Assembly: GCA_026770705.1 (NCBI GenBank)
Contig: JANJGN010000126.1
Coordinates: 434,001 to 498,000, forward strand
From: Isurus oxyrinchus
Lineage: Eukaryota
Length of the DNA: 64,000 nt
Reading direction: 5' to 3'
The position numbers and the translations under genes are program-made. Below are positions 61,820-64,000 of this stretch, piece after piece. The notes beneath the pieces are model-generated. The model was not told where the DNA came from and did not search any database. It saw nothing but the letters and a program-made list of their open reading frames with translations. Positions within the stretch are counted from its first letter, which is position 1, and each line of letters starts with the position of its first letter.

Positions 61820-62990
61820 TGACTGGCACATTCGATACGGTGCCATGTAAAAGATTATTGCACAAGATAAGAGCTCACGGTATTGGGAGAAATGTATTAG
61901 TATGGATTGAGGATTAGATAACACACAGGAGACAGAGAGTCTGGATTAATGGGTCCTTTTCAGACGCATTGGAAAGACGCAACAAATGGAGTGCCAGAAG
62001 TATCAGTCTTGGCGCCTCAACTATTTATTATCTATTGCAATGACTTGGAGGAGCGGACGGAGTGTGATGTATCCAAATTTGCTGATGATACAACAATAGG
62101 TGAGAAGCCATGTTGTGAAAGGTCATAAGGAATATAAAAGGGGTTGTAGATAGGTTGAGTGAGTGGGAAAAAAAAAACCTTGGCAGATGGAGATTAATGC
62201 AAGAAAGTGTGAGGTCATTCACTTTTGTAGGAAGAATCAAAAGGCAGACTATTATTAAAATGGAGAGAGTCCCCAAAAACATGCAAGATCTGATTGTTCT
62301 TGTGTATGAAACACAAAACGTTAACATGCAAATGTAACAAGTAATTAAGAAGGCAAATGGCATTTTGGCCTGTGTTGATAGGGGGTTACAGTTTTAAAAA
62401 TAGGGAGGTCTTATTACAAATGTGCAGGCTTCGGTGGGGCCACACCTGGAGTGCTATGTACAGTTTCAGTCCCTGTATTTAAGAAATGATATATTGGCAT
62501 TAGATGCAGTTCAAAGGGGATTCGTTAGGCTGATTCCTGGGATGAAGGAATTGACTTATCAGGAACGGCTAAACAGATTAGGGCTTTATTTATTAGCGTT
62601 TAGAGGAATGAGGAATGATCTTATCGAGACGAACAGATTCTTGAGGGGAGGTGTTGTTGGCAGGTGGATATTGAGAAAATGTTCGCTCTAGTGGCGGAAT
62701 CTCGAGCTAGGGGACACAGTTACATAATAAGGGGCCACTCATACAAAACTGATTTGCGAAGGAATATCTTCTCTCTGAGAGTATTGAATGACTGGAATTC
62801 TCTACCCCAGAGAGTTGTGGAGGTATTTAAAAAAGAGATGGATAGATTATTGAAATATCATGAGTTGAGCTTCATGAAGAGCTGGCAGTACATAGGAGTT
62901 GAGGCCTGGGGCAGATCAGCCATGGTGTTATTGAATGGGGATGGGGCAGGGTTGAGCGGCCGAATGGCTTACTGATGTTGCAATTTCTTA
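61820..62990 (+). mobile_element. CR1 LINE RT and 3' end
   Basis: SKFADDT near 62071; GPHLECYVQFQSLYLRNDILALDAVQRGFVRLIPG; RRNIFSLRVLNDWNSLPQRVVE. Confidence 0.92.
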
Positions 62991-63429
62991 TTATCACTTG
63001 TCTATTACCACCCCATCGACAAACATTCAGTCCCTGCAGCACCGATGCAAAGAGGCAGCAGTTGTGAACAACCTACAGAATGCATTTCAGGATCTTACCA
63101 AGGCTTCTTAAACGTCATCTTACCAACCGATGATCTCTACTGCCTGGAAGATCAAGCACAAGAAATGAATAAGAACACCACCGGCTTCAAGTTCTCTTCC
63201 AAGCCACACACCATCCAGACTTTGAATCAGATCGTCGTTCCTTCACTGTCATGGAGGTTAAATCTTTGAACTTCCTCCCTAAATGCACTGTACCTGTATG
63301 TACACTACATGGATTGCAGCGGTTCAAGAATGCAGCTCACCAACAACTTCCGAAGGACAATTAGTGATTGGCAATAAATGTTAACGTAGCCAGCGAAGCC
63401 TAATTCTGCACACAAATTTTGAAAAAGCT

Positions 63430-63880
63430 TGGAAAATTAATTTAGCTTGCAGAGATCGAGTCCTTCTTTATGAATGCATGTTGCCCCTGACAAGTTTTAA
63501 TGAGCCACGTGACCAACTTGACAGATCACCTTGAAGTTCTTGCTAGTGTGCAGCAATTAGCGCGCTCAAGACTGCTCAACGACTGCTGACCAATCGTGGA
63601 ATCGTCTCTAATTGTTGGAGTTTTGATTCGAGTTTTAGAAGCGCGGGCTGCTTCAGTTGGATCTTTGTTCTGTATATTACGAACCGGGTGGAAGGACATT
63701 TTGTTTGATTCGACCAACCAATCGGTGGGACCTCTGACTCACTTGCCTGGCGCTGGAATTCATACATGGCGTTACTCAATTGCCTGATGAGTAGAAACTT
63801 GGCTTGTTCTATCCTCTTCAACTGATTCGTGAACAATACCACTTGTGTCGCTGTTGCATCATGACAACATTTTTTTTGTT
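63430..63880 (-). mobile_element. Penelope-like GIY-YIG fragment
   Basis: Minus-strand pieces LSNAMYEFQRQ and RIKTPTIRDDSTIGQQ resemble SNVVYEFQCQC..CDSAIGQHL; homologous to 60550-60790. Confidence 0.6.
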
Positions 63881-64000
63881 AACCTGGAGTTCCAATTTTG
63901 GGCTACTTGAGTCTTCCAGGAAAACTTGAGATATACCCAGTATTTTCGGGCCCGAAAGGGAAGGCTGTGGCCATTTTGCGCGTTTGCCTAAAGTACTGCA

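Overview
Eukaryotic, repeat-rich genomic DNA, most likely from a cartilaginous fish (shark). That assignment is inferred from the gene and repeat families, not from a database search. Host genes: two two-exon GPR139-like class A GPCR pseudogenes on the + strand (4859-13287 and 45882-52138). Between them lie two T-cell receptor alpha/delta-type V gene segments on the - strand, each with a split leader and a 23-bp-spacer RSS: a pseudogene at 35268-35721, and an open-frame V at 38294-39154 with a non-canonical heptamer. I found no D, J or C segment. Most of the rest is decayed mobile DNA: CR1 LINEs, a second LINE/SINE pair sharing a 3' tail, Penelope-like elements, a Gypsy remnant and a PIF/Harbinger Myb/SANT gene fragment. 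Main items for follow-up: (1) TCR V segments interleaved with an expanded GPCR family; (2) two families of minimal hammerhead-ribozyme motifs in Penelope-derived repeats, some in fold-back arrangement; (3) a 406-bp, about 99% identical inverted duplication of an old CR1 fragment; (4) a possible remnant of an unannotated secreted or receptor gene at about 16.4-18.4 kb. Repeat boundaries are approximate and were read by eye.
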